Positions 16,746 to 25,495 of a stretch of 39,088 bases of DNA are shown piece after piece (position 1 is the stretch's first letter; the number at the start of each line of letters is the position of its first letter). The stretch is from Deltaproteobacteria bacterium (GTDB lineage Bacteria; Desulfobacterota; Binatia; Binatales; Binataceae): contig JAJYMR010000107.1 in the NCBI GenBank assembly GCA_021786815.1, forward strand, positions 1-39,088, read 5' to 3'. Both the position numbers and the translations under genes were made by a program. The notes beneath the pieces are model-generated. The model was not told where the DNA came from. It saw nothing but the letters and a program-made list of their open reading frames with translations, and did no database searches.

Positions 16746-17339
16746 TCAGCCGTCGGCGCGCCGAACCGCGACCCCATGGCGTCCAAGAGCTTCGAGCACC
16801 TCGCGCACTGGCAGTCCCATCACGTTGTCCCTCGAACCTTCGACGCTCGCGATGAACGAGCCGCCCAGCGCCTGGATTCCGTACGCGCCCGCCTTGTCGA
16901 ACGGTTCGCCGGTCGCGATGTAATCGGCGATCTCGCGTGCGCCGAGTTCGCGAAACGTGACGCGGCTCAAAACCGCGCGTTTCTCGATTATGTCGCCGTT
17001 GAGCGCGAGGGCGAATGCGGTTGCGACGGTATGCGTGCGGCCCGAAAGCCGTTCGAGCATCCGGCGCGCGTCGGCCGCATCGACCGGCTTTTCGAGGATT
17101 TCCCCGTCGATTTCGACCACCGTATCCGCCGCGAGCACCAGGGCATCCGGTCGCCTGCGCGTGACGGCAAGCGCCTTCTCGGCCGCCATCCGAAGCGCGT
17201 ATTCGGGCGCTCCCTCGTGGTCGAGCCGATGCTCCGGGATACCGCTTTCAACGATTTCGAATTGGATACCGGCGCGCTCGAGCAGTTCGCGTCTTCGCGG
17301 CGAGCCCGAGGCGAGAATCAGTTTTTTCTGCGCTGCCAT
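16746..17339 (-). CDS. maf: Maf family nucleoside triphosphate pyrophosphatase
   Basis: LILASGSPRRRELL N-terminus and the AGAYGIQ motif; 197 aa. Confidence 0.9.
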   Translation of the reverse strand: MAAQKKLILASGSPRRRELLERAGIQFEIVESGIPEHRLDHEGAPEYALRMAAEKALAVTRRRPDALVLAADTVVEIDGEILEKPVDAADARRMLERLSGRTHTVATAFALALNGDIIEKRAVLSRVTFRELGAREIADYIATGEPFDKAGAYGIQALGGSFIASVEGSRDNVMGLPVREVLEALGRHGVAVRRADG

Positions 17340-17462
17340 CGACGTGTTTCCAGACTAAACGACCGTGCCAGAGGCGAAAATCCTTCGCAAGCAGGGGGCG
17401 TCGAACCCTCGCTGGCGCGCACCCAATTGAAGGCGGCCCGCGCATCCGGTAACCAAGAACGG

Positions 17463-19661
17463 GTGACCACGCTCTGGCGGCAGTTCGCCGTGTTGACGAT
17501 GTTGGCGGCGACGTTGCTCGCCACGGGATGCGCGTCGGCGCCGGCGCGTGCCGAGTCTCCCGTGCCGGCGGCGCCTTCGCACGCGCAAAACTTACCACCA
17601 GCATTGCTGCGAACGGCCGCTGCCGAACCTTCGAACCAGACGGGCGCCGCGGCGTCAGGCGCTCCATCGCAAGCCTTTGTTGACGGCTACCGGGCGTGGA
17701 AAAACCGGGATTACGCGCTCGCATCGAAGCGCCTGGATTACGCGGCGGCGCATTTTCCCGTGCTTCGGGACTATGCGCTCTTCTATCTCGGACTCTCTAA
17801 GCGCGACAGCGGTGATCTCGCGGGCGCTGCCACGAGCTTCGAGCGCCTGATTAGCGAATATCCGCAAAGCATCAAAGCGCCCGAGGCCGAAGTATCGCTC
17901 GCGCAAGTGTATCTGAAACTCGACCGCGCTTCCGAGGCCGCCGCGACAGCGTCCGGGGCGCTGATGCATTCGCACGCAAGTTGGGTCCGCGAGCCGGCGC
18001 GGTGGGTGCTCGCGCGCGCGACGCTTGCGATGGGTGACTGGCGCGGAGCCTACGCCGACCTGATGACGCTTCGAAACGAGTATCCGCGCGGCGCGCATGA
18101 CGCCGAGGCGCGAAAACTCGCTTATTTGATTCTCAAAAATCATCCGTCGCTGGAGAACACCGGCTCCGCCCAATACCGTCTTGACGAAGCCGCGCTCCTG
18201 CTCAGGGAAGGCCAGTCCGCGATGGCGCTTCGGCAGGTGCGCGCGGGACTTCGGGTCGCTCCGTCGCGTGAGATGCGCGCCGAGTTCGTGTTTATCGAGG
18301 CGATGGCCCTTCGGCCCAGGCCGCGGCAGGCCGAGGCCGCGTACCAGGAATATCTGCGGCTTGCTCCCACGGGCGTTTCGGCGCCTGTCGCGCTCGAGCA
18401 TCTCGGGCTCATCTACTGGGACGAGAACCGGACGGACGAGGCGCGGCGCACGTTCGGTGAAATCGTGACGCGGTTTCCCCGAAGCTCCCTGGCGCCAGCC
18501 GCGATGCTCCGGATCGGGCGGATTTTCGAGGAAGAGAAAAAATTCGACCTGGCGCGCGCCGAGTACTTGCGGCTGATGCGCCGTTATCCGTACAGCGAGG
18601 CGGGCAGCGAAGCGCGGTTCCGTGCGCCGTGGATGTACTACATGACCGGGCGCTACAAGCTTGCCGCCGCGAACTTCGAGGCGATACGCTCAAGGACGCG
18701 AAGCGCCTCGGAGCGCGACATGTTCACCTATTGGCGGGCGCGCTCGCTCGAAGAGTCGGGTGACCGCGAGCAGGCGCGGCGGATTTTCAAGGCGCTGTCC
18801 GAGAGCGTTGGGAGCAACTACTATCCGGCGCTGGCCGCACGGCGGGTCGGCGCGCCGAGGCCGTTTCTGCCGGCCTCGGTGGCCGAACTTCCGAAGCTCG
18901 ATCCGGAGCCCGTCGTCTCGGGCGCCGCGCAGTTCCATCTGGAGCGCGCGCTTGCGCTTCAAAAACTCGGCCTGAATACGCTTGCGCCCGGCGAACTCTG
19001 GGCGCTGGAGGTTCGCGCAACGCACCAGCCTTCGCTCGGCCGATTCGTGCTGGCGGGATTTATTGCCTCGGGCGCGTACTATGATGCGATTGTCGCGGCC
19101 TCGCGGATGGCGCGGCGCGGCCAGCTCAATTCCGACGTTGCCGAGCGAATCCGCTATCCGCGCGGATACAGCGAGCTTGTCAGCGATGCCGCGCGCAAAA
19201 GCCGGCTCGATCCCTGGTTTCTCTTTGCACTGATCCGCCAGGAGAGCCTTTTCAATCCGCGCGCAACCTCGGTGTCCGACGCGCGCGGCCTGATGCAGCT
19301 TCTGCCGGTGACGGCGCGTCGGATGGCCGTGGACGGCGGGCGCGCGGACCCGCGCCAACTCGATCTTTACGACCCGCGGCTCAACGTCGAGCTTGGCGCC
19401 GCATATCTGCGAATGTTGCTCGTCATGTTCCACGGCGATGAGATGAAAACGGCGGCGGCGTACAACGCGGGCGAGCATGCGGTCGAAAAGTGGCTTGCTC
19501 TCTCGCCCGGAAGCGATGACGAATGGGTCGAGAACATCACCTATCGCGAGACTCGCGAGTACGTGAAAAAGGTGATCGGCGGAAAGCGCGAATACCTGCT
19601 TCTTTACGGCTCGAATGCCGGAAAGTCAGCGTCGGCCACGGCGCGACGCTCGCCGGGATAG
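17463..19661 (+). CDS. slt: Lytic murein transglycosylase (Slt70-like), TPR-rich, predicted lipoprotein
   Basis: C-terminal SLT domain (IRQESLFNP...SDARGLMQLLP...AAYNAG) and a helical-repeat N-terminal body. Start chosen at the GTG giving MTTLWRQFAVLTMLAATLLATGC (lipobox); TTG 17427 is an alternative. The track extension to 16776 is antisense to maf. Confidence 0.8.
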   Translation: MTTLWRQFAVLTMLAATLLATGCASAPARAESPVPAAPSHAQNLPPALLRTAAAEPSNQTGAAASGAPSQAFVDGYRAWKNRDYALASKRLDYAAAHFPVLRDYALFYLGLSKRDSGDLAGAATSFERLISEYPQSIKAPEAEVSLAQVYLKLDRASEAAATASGALMHSHASWVREPARWVLARATLAMGDWRGAYADLMTLRNEYPRGAHDAEARKLAYLILKNHPSLENTGSAQYRLDEAALLLREGQSAMALRQVRAGLRVAPSREMRAEFVFIEAMALRPRPRQAEAAYQEYLRLAPTGVSAPVALEHLGLIYWDENRTDEARRTFGEIVTRFPRSSLAPAAMLRIGRIFEEEKKFDLARAEYLRLMRRYPYSEAGSEARFRAPWMYYMTGRYKLAAANFEAIRSRTRSASERDMFTYWRARSLEESGDREQARRIFKALSESVGSNYYPALAARRVGAPRPFLPASVAELPKLDPEPVVSGAAQFHLERALALQKLGLNTLAPGELWALEVRATHQPSLGRFVLAGFIASGAYYDAIVAASRMARRGQLNSDVAERIRYPRGYSELVSDAARKSRLDPWFLFALIRQESLFNPRATSVSDARGLMQLLPVTARRMAVDGGRADPRQLDLYDPRLNVELGAAYLRMLLVMFHGDEMKTAAAYNAGEHAVEKWLALSPGSDDEWVENITYRETREYVKKVIGGKREYLLLYGSNAGKSASATARRSPG

Positions 19662-20512
19662 ACGTAGGCGAGGACTTTCTCGACCTTGCGATTGTCATCG
19701 GCACCGAGCTTCGCGTGCGCCGGATTGCGCTTGCGGGACTGCGCGGGCCGACGGCGATAGCCTCCCTGGCTGCGAGGTTTGCCGAGACGGCGCCGGAGCT
19801 TTCGCGCGGAGCGCTGGCGATAATCGACTCGCCGCGCTCTCCGCTCGACGCGGACTCGTCGTCGACGCCGATGACGGCGCGCTCGCCCATGCCTTCGCGA
19901 CGGATTATCGACGACGCATTGCGCCGACTGTTCGCTCGTCTCGGACGGGGAAGGCTTTCGATGTATCCGACGCCAAAGGTAGAGTACTTTGTGCGATGCG
20001 TTCGTGGGCCGGCGTGCAAGCCGCATCTTGCAGCGCTCGGCCGCGAGCTTCTGGCCGGTTTTTCAGAAAACATGGAGCATCCCACGATAGACCGCGGCGG
20101 CAAGCTCTTTACGCGTTTCATGCTCGCGGGGTTCGCGACATACGCGGCGTTTGCGATGCGCGGCATGCGCGCCTTCGAGTGTTATCCCGACATGGAGTTC
20201 CGGCTCTGGGCGGGCGACGACGGGCGCAAGCTCGCGCCCAAGGCGCGGAGGAGCGAGGCGCTTAAGGCGCGCCGGCGGATTTGCGCGAAGCTCGCAAAGC
20301 TGGCCGGCGTCTCCAGGATGGAGACGCTAGTGACGCTCGACCAGGCCGACGCGGCGGTGCTTGCGCTTGGAGCGGCCGTCGCGCGCAGGCGCGGCACGCT
20401 CGTCGAGCTTCGCAACCGCGCGGAGGGAAGATTTCTTGTCGCTTTCGATGCGCCGCAGGCGTTTTCCACGCGCGGACTCGCCGGCCATGCGCTTTCGGTC
20501 AGACCTGCTTGA
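19523..20512 (+). CDS. Hypothetical protein, possible DUF429 / RNase H-fold family (start unresolved)
   Basis: Good GC3 coding signal. Motifs LAGIDVGEDFLDLAIV, AIIDSPRSPL and LDQADAAVLALGA resemble DUF429. The only canonical start (ATG 19523) overlaps the slt 3' end by 139 nt. Confidence 0.5.
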   Translation: MGREHHLSRDSRVREKGDRRKARIPASLRLECRKVSVGHGATLAGIDVGEDFLDLAIVIGTELRVRRIALAGLRGPTAIASLAARFAETAPELSRGALAIIDSPRSPLDADSSSTPMTARSPMPSRRIIDDALRRLFARLGRGRLSMYPTPKVEYFVRCVRGPACKPHLAALGRELLAGFSENMEHPTIDRGGKLFTRFMLAGFATYAAFAMRGMRAFECYPDMEFRLWAGDDGRKLAPKARRSEALKARRRICAKLAKLAGVSRMETLVTLDQADAAVLALGAAVARRRGTLVELRNRAEGRFLVAFDAPQAFSTRGLAGHALSVRPA

Positions 20513-20549
20513 CAAGCTCCGAACGAACGGGCTTCAAAGAGAACGGGAG

Positions 20550-21254
20550 ATGACTTTGGTTCAACAGGAAATATCGTCGCGGCGCAACTTCAAGGCAATT
20601 TTCTTCGACCTCGACGGAACGCTGGTCGATATCCACGGACCGCTGTACCTGGCGGTGCGAAAGGCGCTCGACAAGCTCGCGGGCAAGCCGCTTTCGCGCG
20701 AGCGATACAACGAGGCCATCGAACGCGGCGAGATGCTGCTTGGGCTCCCGGAGTCGCTTCGAATCGATTACGCGAAACTTGCCTTTGCCTATTTCGTCAC
20801 CGAGATCGACAAGACCGAACGCCTGGAGGTGCTGCCGCACGTTCCCGAGACGCTCGCGGAACTCAAGCGCCGCGGCTACGCGACCGGCGTCATCACGAGC
20901 CGTCCCGGCGATCCGCAGCGCCTGGTCGCGAAGCTGGCGATGGTCGGGCTCGCGTCGCATCTCGATCACGTGGTGACGCAGAGCACGTCTTCGCTCGACG
21001 CGCTCGACAAGACCGTGAGCCTCAAGCAGACGGCGATAAGGGCGGCGATGCTGCCGCAGGCCTGCATGTACGTAGGCGATGAGCCGCGCGACATGATGGC
21101 GGCGGACAACGCGGGCTACGGCGCGGCGGTCGCGGTCGCAACCGGAGCCGCGTCCTATGAGCATCTGGCGAACCATCCGCAGTACCGTCCTGACTACATG
21201 ATGCGCTCGATGAGCGAGCTGGTGGGGCTTCTTGACCGGCTCAGGGGCGAGTAA
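20550..21254 (+). CDS. HAD-IA family hydrolase (phosphoglycolate phosphatase-like)
   Basis: Motif I FFDLDGTLVD, motif II VITSRP, motif IV VGDEPRDMMAADNAG. ATG preceded by a GGGAGA SD. Confidence 0.85.
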   Translation: MTLVQQEISSRRNFKAIFFDLDGTLVDIHGPLYLAVRKALDKLAGKPLSRERYNEAIERGEMLLGLPESLRIDYAKLAFAYFVTEIDKTERLEVLPHVPETLAELKRRGYATGVITSRPGDPQRLVAKLAMVGLASHLDHVVTQSTSSLDALDKTVSLKQTAIRAAMLPQACMYVGDEPRDMMAADNAGYGAAVAVATGAASYEHLANHPQYRPDYMMRSMSELVGLLDRLRGE

Positions 21255-21280
21255 CACAAAACACCGGCGGGGGAGCAGGC

Positions 21281-22540
21281 TTGGAGGGACAAAGCGGGAA
21301 GCCGCAGGCGCTGAAAGGGATAAGTATCGTCGAACTTCCGTGCCTCGACCGGATGCCGACGTTGTCGGCGGCGATGGCGGCGAAGGCCTTCGCCGATCTC
21401 GGAGCCGAGGTGATAAAGGTCGAGCCGCCCAAGGTCGGCGCTTCGGAGCGTCACGAGGGACCGTTCAAGGCCGAAATCCCCGATCCCGAGACCGGAGGGC
21501 TCCATCTCTATCTGAACACCAACAAGCTTGGTGTTACGCTTGACCTTGAGAGCGAGAAAGCGCGCGGGCTTCTGTCAGGCCTGCTCGCGTCGGCCGATAT
21601 CCTGCTGAATCCGAACGTGCCCGCGCTCAATGAGCGGCTCGGGCTCGATTGGCGCCGGCTCATCGCCCGCTTTCCCAAGCTGATCGTCGTATCTCTGACG
21701 TCGTTCGGCAGCGATTCTCCATACCGCGACGTGCGCGGCGGCGATCTAATCGCGACGCACATGAGCGGTGTCGGGTACGAAACCCCGATAAACCAGGTGA
21801 CCGACCCGCCAAACGAGCCGCCGCTCAAGCCCGCCGGCCGCCAGGCCGACTATCTTGCGGGATTCACTGCGGCGGCGGCCGCGATGTGCGCGCTGTTTCA
21901 TCGCAAGCGTACCGGCGCGGGGCAGCACGTGGACGCAAGCCTGTGGCTTTCGATGGTCAGCATGATAAGGCCGAGTATCGGCGTGTATTCGCATGACACG
22001 CCGGAAGCGCCGTATGGCGTGCGTATCCGCACCCGGGACAAGATCGGAGTGCCGTGGGTCTATCCGTGCCAAGACGGATGGGTTTCGTTCAGCCCGCTGA
22101 CCGACAGGTTCTGGCGCGGCACCAAGACAATCATGGGCAACCCGGAATGGGCCGAAAACGAACTGTTCGCGACGCTGACCTCGCGCGCGACGAACCATGA
22201 CGCGGTCGAGGCCGGGCTCGTCGATTGGCTCTCGACCCAGAAGAAACAAGAGGTCTTCCTGAAAGCGCAAGCTGAGCACGTGCCGTGTTTTCCGGTCAAC
22301 ACGCCGCGCGAGGTTGCGGAGAATCCGCATTACAAGGCGCGCGGCTTCTTCGCCGAGCACGAGCATCCGGTGGCCGGCACGGTGCGGATGCCCGGCGCGC
22401 CATGCCAGTTCAGCCGGACGCCTTGGCGGATAGTCCGCGGAGCGCCACGGCTCGGCGAGCATAACCGGCGGATTTTCGTCGAGCGGCTCGGACTCGCGGA
22501 GAGCGAGTTCGAAACGCTTTGCAGGGACGGGGTGATCTGA
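21281..22540 (+). CDS. Class III (CaiB/BaiF family) CoA-transferase, paralogue 1
   Basis: N-terminal GISIVEL...AAKAFADLGAEVIKVEPP and a central QADYLAG Asp motif; 419 aa, TTG start. Confidence 0.85.
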   Translation: MEGQSGKPQALKGISIVELPCLDRMPTLSAAMAAKAFADLGAEVIKVEPPKVGASERHEGPFKAEIPDPETGGLHLYLNTNKLGVTLDLESEKARGLLSGLLASADILLNPNVPALNERLGLDWRRLIARFPKLIVVSLTSFGSDSPYRDVRGGDLIATHMSGVGYETPINQVTDPPNEPPLKPAGRQADYLAGFTAAAAAMCALFHRKRTGAGQHVDASLWLSMVSMIRPSIGVYSHDTPEAPYGVRIRTRDKIGVPWVYPCQDGWVSFSPLTDRFWRGTKTIMGNPEWAENELFATLTSRATNHDAVEAGLVDWLSTQKKQEVFLKAQAEHVPCFPVNTPREVAENPHYKARGFFAEHEHPVAGTVRMPGAPCQFSRTPWRIVRGAPRLGEHNRRIFVERLGLAESEFETLCRDGVI

Positions 22541-23748
22541 TGGGCCAGCTTCCGTTCGAGGGAATCCGGATCGCGGACTTCGGATGGATTTTCGCGATCC
22601 CGCACGCGACCGCGTGGCTCGGCTCACTCGGCGCCGAGGTAATCCGGGTCGAGAGCACGCTTGCGCCGGACCTGGTCCGCTTCCTCGGTGGCACCGACGG
22701 TTTTGTCGGGATCAACCGAAGCGGGATGTACAACTCGATAAATTTCTCCAAGCGCGGCGTCGTGCTCAACCTCGCCCATCCCGAGGCCCGCGAGGTCGCG
22801 TACAGGCTGGTGGCCAAAAGCGACGTCGTGACCGAGAACTTCACCGTCGGCAACATGAAAAAGTTCGGGCTTTCCTACGAGAACCTGCGCAAGGTCAAGC
22901 CCGACCTCATAATGCTTTCCGGCACGCCGCTCGGTCAGACCGGCCCCTACGCGAACACGGTCGGCTTTGGTCCGACCACCCAGGCGTTCGCCGGGATGTG
23001 CCATCTCACGGGCTATCCCGACGGGTTTCCGTGCGGGATCGGCGGCACGTGGCCCGATTTCGCGGTGGGCGTCGCGATGACGTTCTTCATGCTCGCGGCG
23101 CTGCACTATCGCGAGCGCACCGGCGAAGGCCAGTACCTCGATCTCTCGATGGCGGAGACGGTGACCGCGATGCTGCCCGAGGCGATGATGGAGTACTTCC
23201 TCAACTGGCGCGAGCACGGTCCGATCGGCAACCGGGCGGAATCGATGGCGCCGCACGGCGTGTTTCCGGCCAAGGGAGACGATCGCTGGATAGCGATTGC
23301 AATCGCCACCGAAGAGGAGTTCGGCGCGCTGTGCGAAGTGCTGGGCGCACCGGCCCTCGCGGCCGACCGCCGCTTCACGAGGCTCGCCCAGCGGCTTGCC
23401 AACCTCGACGCGCTCGAGGCCGAAATCGCCGCGCGCACGAAGACCTTCGAGCGCGACGAGCTGGTGGCGAGTCTTCGCGAGCACGGTATCGCCACGGGAC
23501 CGGTCTATGGACCGGTCGAACTGATGCACGACGGGGCTTTCCTCGCATCCGGGATGCTGGTCGAATTGGAGCATGGGGAGAGCGGGCGCCGTGTGGTCCC
23601 GGTGCTGCCGGTCGGGTTCAGCGCGATGGAGCCCGATTACCGGCCCTCGCCCACAATCGGCGAGCATACGGACGAAGTGCTTTCGGGACTGCTCGGTTAC
23701 TCGGCTGACGAAATCGCGCGACTCCGGGAGAAACAGGTCGTAATCTAG
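22540..23748 (+). CDS. Class III (CaiB/BaiF family) CoA-transferase, paralogue 2
   Basis: GIRIADFGW...LGSLGAEVIRVES and a WPDFAVG Asp motif. The ATG shares 1 nt with the upstream TGA (TGATG). 402 aa. Confidence 0.85.
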   Translation: MGQLPFEGIRIADFGWIFAIPHATAWLGSLGAEVIRVESTLAPDLVRFLGGTDGFVGINRSGMYNSINFSKRGVVLNLAHPEAREVAYRLVAKSDVVTENFTVGNMKKFGLSYENLRKVKPDLIMLSGTPLGQTGPYANTVGFGPTTQAFAGMCHLTGYPDGFPCGIGGTWPDFAVGVAMTFFMLAALHYRERTGEGQYLDLSMAETVTAMLPEAMMEYFLNWREHGPIGNRAESMAPHGVFPAKGDDRWIAIAIATEEEFGALCEVLGAPALAADRRFTRLAQRLANLDALEAEIAARTKTFERDELVASLREHGIATGPVYGPVELMHDGAFLASGMLVELEHGESGRRVVPVLPVGFSAMEPDYRPSPTIGEHTDEVLSGLLGYSADEIARLREKQVVI

Positions 23749-23754
23749 AGGCAC

Positions 23755-24693
23755 ATGGCGGACGCTGAGGCCATTTCCCGAGGCGGAGGAGCGCGACCGG
23801 GCGCGTTCGCAATCTGGTTTCAGGCGATTCGGCCCTGGTCGCTCACGGCCGCGGTCGTCCCGGTGCTGCTCGGGACGGCGGTCGCCGTGCGCGCCGGCCA
23901 CTTCGCGGCCGGCCGGCTCGTGCTCGCGCTGGTGGGCGCGATGGCGATACAGGCGGGGACCAACCTGGTCAACGACTACTACGATTATCTGAGCGGCGCC
24001 GACACGTCCGAATCGCTCGGACCGAGCATGGTGATCCAGCGCGGCTTGCTCGAACCGATCCAGGTATGGTGGGGCGGAATCACCGCGTTCGCGCTCGGCT
24101 CGGTGCTCGGGCTGATACTGGTCTATCTGTGCGGATGGCCGATTCTCGCAATCGGGCTTTTGAGCGTCGCGGCCGGATACTTCTACACGGCGGCGCCGGT
24201 TGCCCTTGGATACGCGGGACTCGGCGAACTCACGGTCTTTTTGTTCATGGGGCCGGCGATCGTGGTGGGCGCGTACTACGTGATGGCGTTTTCCTTCTCG
24301 TGGACGGCGCTATGGGCGTCGATTCCGCTCGGGTTTCTGGTCGCGGGCATTCTCCATACCAACAATATTCGCGATATCGAGAGCGACCCTGTCCATGGAA
24401 AGCGCACGCTCGCAAGCGCGCTCGGGCGCAAGGGCGCGACGATGGAACTGATCGCGCTGGACGCGGCCGCCTACCTGACGACCCTCGTTGCGGTCTTGGC
24501 TCGCGAGATGCCGTGGACGATGCTTCTTGTGATGCTGACGCTGCCGCGGGTTCGCTCGCAGCTTGGAATAGTGAGGCGGGAGACCGAGCCCAAGAGGCTC
24601 AACCTGGCGCTGTTCCGTTCGATACAGGTTCACCTGGAATTTGGCGCATTGTCGATTCTGGCCTTCCTTGCGGCCGCGCTGTTTGGCCTGTAG
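23755..24693 (+). CDS. menA: UbiA-superfamily prenyltransferase, MenA-type (1,4-dihydroxy-2-naphthoate polyprenyltransferase-like)
   Basis: NLVNDYYDYLSGAD (the NDxxDxxxGxD motif typical of MenA) and a second Asp-rich region NNIRDIESD. About 9 TM segments, 312 aa. Starts 6 nt after the upstream stop. Confidence 0.75.
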   Translation: MADAEAISRGGGARPGAFAIWFQAIRPWSLTAAVVPVLLGTAVAVRAGHFAAGRLVLALVGAMAIQAGTNLVNDYYDYLSGADTSESLGPSMVIQRGLLEPIQVWWGGITAFALGSVLGLILVYLCGWPILAIGLLSVAAGYFYTAAPVALGYAGLGELTVFLFMGPAIVVGAYYVMAFSFSWTALWASIPLGFLVAGILHTNNIRDIESDPVHGKRTLASALGRKGATMELIALDAAAYLTTLVAVLAREMPWTMLLVMLTLPRVRSQLGIVRRETEPKRLNLALFRSIQVHLEFGALSILAFLAAALFGL

Positions 24694-24719
24694 GCCGGAG
24701 CGGGAGGAGGTGCGGGCAG

Positions 24720-25433
24720 ATGCAATCGGTGGCTGCCGCGCGCGAGGAGATTCGCAACCGGGCGCTCGAAATTGAGCGCCAGGTTCAAGAGGGCCGCTAT
24801 CGGCCAGGACCGTGGGAGGCGCTGCTCCAGGATGCACGCGGGCTGCCGCGCCAGGAGCGCGCCTCGCTCGCCGAGGATATCTCGCGGGTAAGCAGGGAGC
24901 TCCATCTGCGCGACGGACGCCACACGCTTCCGGTCGGCACCGCGCTCGTGCTCGAGGGGCTCGCCGCGCTGATGGGCGCGATCTTCCTTGTGCTTGCGGT
25001 GCAGCGCGAGTCGAACCTGTTCGGGATACTGGCCGCGCTCGTGTGGGTTGCGAGCTTCGAGCCGCTGCTCAAGGTCGCCGTCGGCTACGCGGTCGGAATC
25101 GACTACGAGTACGCCTACCTGTGGGGATTCGAGCCGCGCTTCAAGATGCGCTACGGCGAATTCCTGGCCGCGCCGCGATGGGGGCGGATTGCGCTGCACG
25201 TCGCGGGGATGGCCGGGTCGCCGCTCGGCGCGTGGCTGACGGCGATCTGCATGGGCGATACGACCTGGTTCGCAAGGATGGTCGCCTGGATCATTTTCTG
25301 GCTGGTTGTCGCGATAAACCTTGTCTCGCTTGGCGCGGGACTTGCCGGGCTCAAGCGCCTGGGCAGATTGAATTTGTCCCTCAGCAGCGGCGGCGTGGCC
25401 GGGCGCGAGCTTCGCGAGGCGCTGGAGATCTGA
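24720..25433 (+). CDS. Uncharacterised integral membrane protein
   Basis: ATG preceded by a GGGAGGAGG SD, 26 nt after the menA stop. A charged, probably helical N-terminus of about 70 aa is followed by 4-5 hydrophobic segments. No family recognised. Confidence 0.65.
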   Translation: MQSVAAAREEIRNRALEIERQVQEGRYRPGPWEALLQDARGLPRQERASLAEDISRVSRELHLRDGRHTLPVGTALVLEGLAALMGAIFLVLAVQRESNLFGILAALVWVASFEPLLKVAVGYAVGIDYEYAYLWGFEPRFKMRYGEFLAAPRWGRIALHVAGMAGSPLGAWLTAICMGDTTWFARMVAWIIFWLVVAINLVSLGAGLAGLKRLGRLNLSLSSGGVAGRELREALEI

Positions 25434-25467
25434 CGCCTCGACGGCGCCGGTGCGAAAGGCGCGATGG

Positions 25468-25490
25468 GCGCGGCAGGTGTGTCGCCGCGC
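25468..25490. terminator. GC-rich hairpin between convergent genes (possible terminator)
   Basis: GCGCGGC-N9-GCCGCGC perfect 7-bp stem. Only a weak T-run (TCTATTTT) begins 5 nt downstream on the + strand. Confidence 0.3.
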
Positions 25491-25495
25491 GGGGT

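Noticed and set aside
16776-17462. Extension of the 961-aa ORF (16776..19661, plus) upstream of slt
   Set aside because: It is antisense to the well-supported maf gene. A lipoprotein signal peptide begins at GTG 17463.
20499-23901. Long antisense ORFs (20499..21257, 21746..22627, 22624..23901; similarly 5867..6664 and 28606..29724)
   Set aside because: All lie antisense to genes with clear family motifs, are Arg-rich and lack recognisable motifs. Stop-codon scarcity in GC-rich DNA explains them.
24066-24719. Extension of the 455-aa ORF (24066..25433, plus)
   Set aside because: It overlaps menA in another frame with Arg/Gly-rich sequence. ATG 24720 has a strong SD and begins just after the menA stop.
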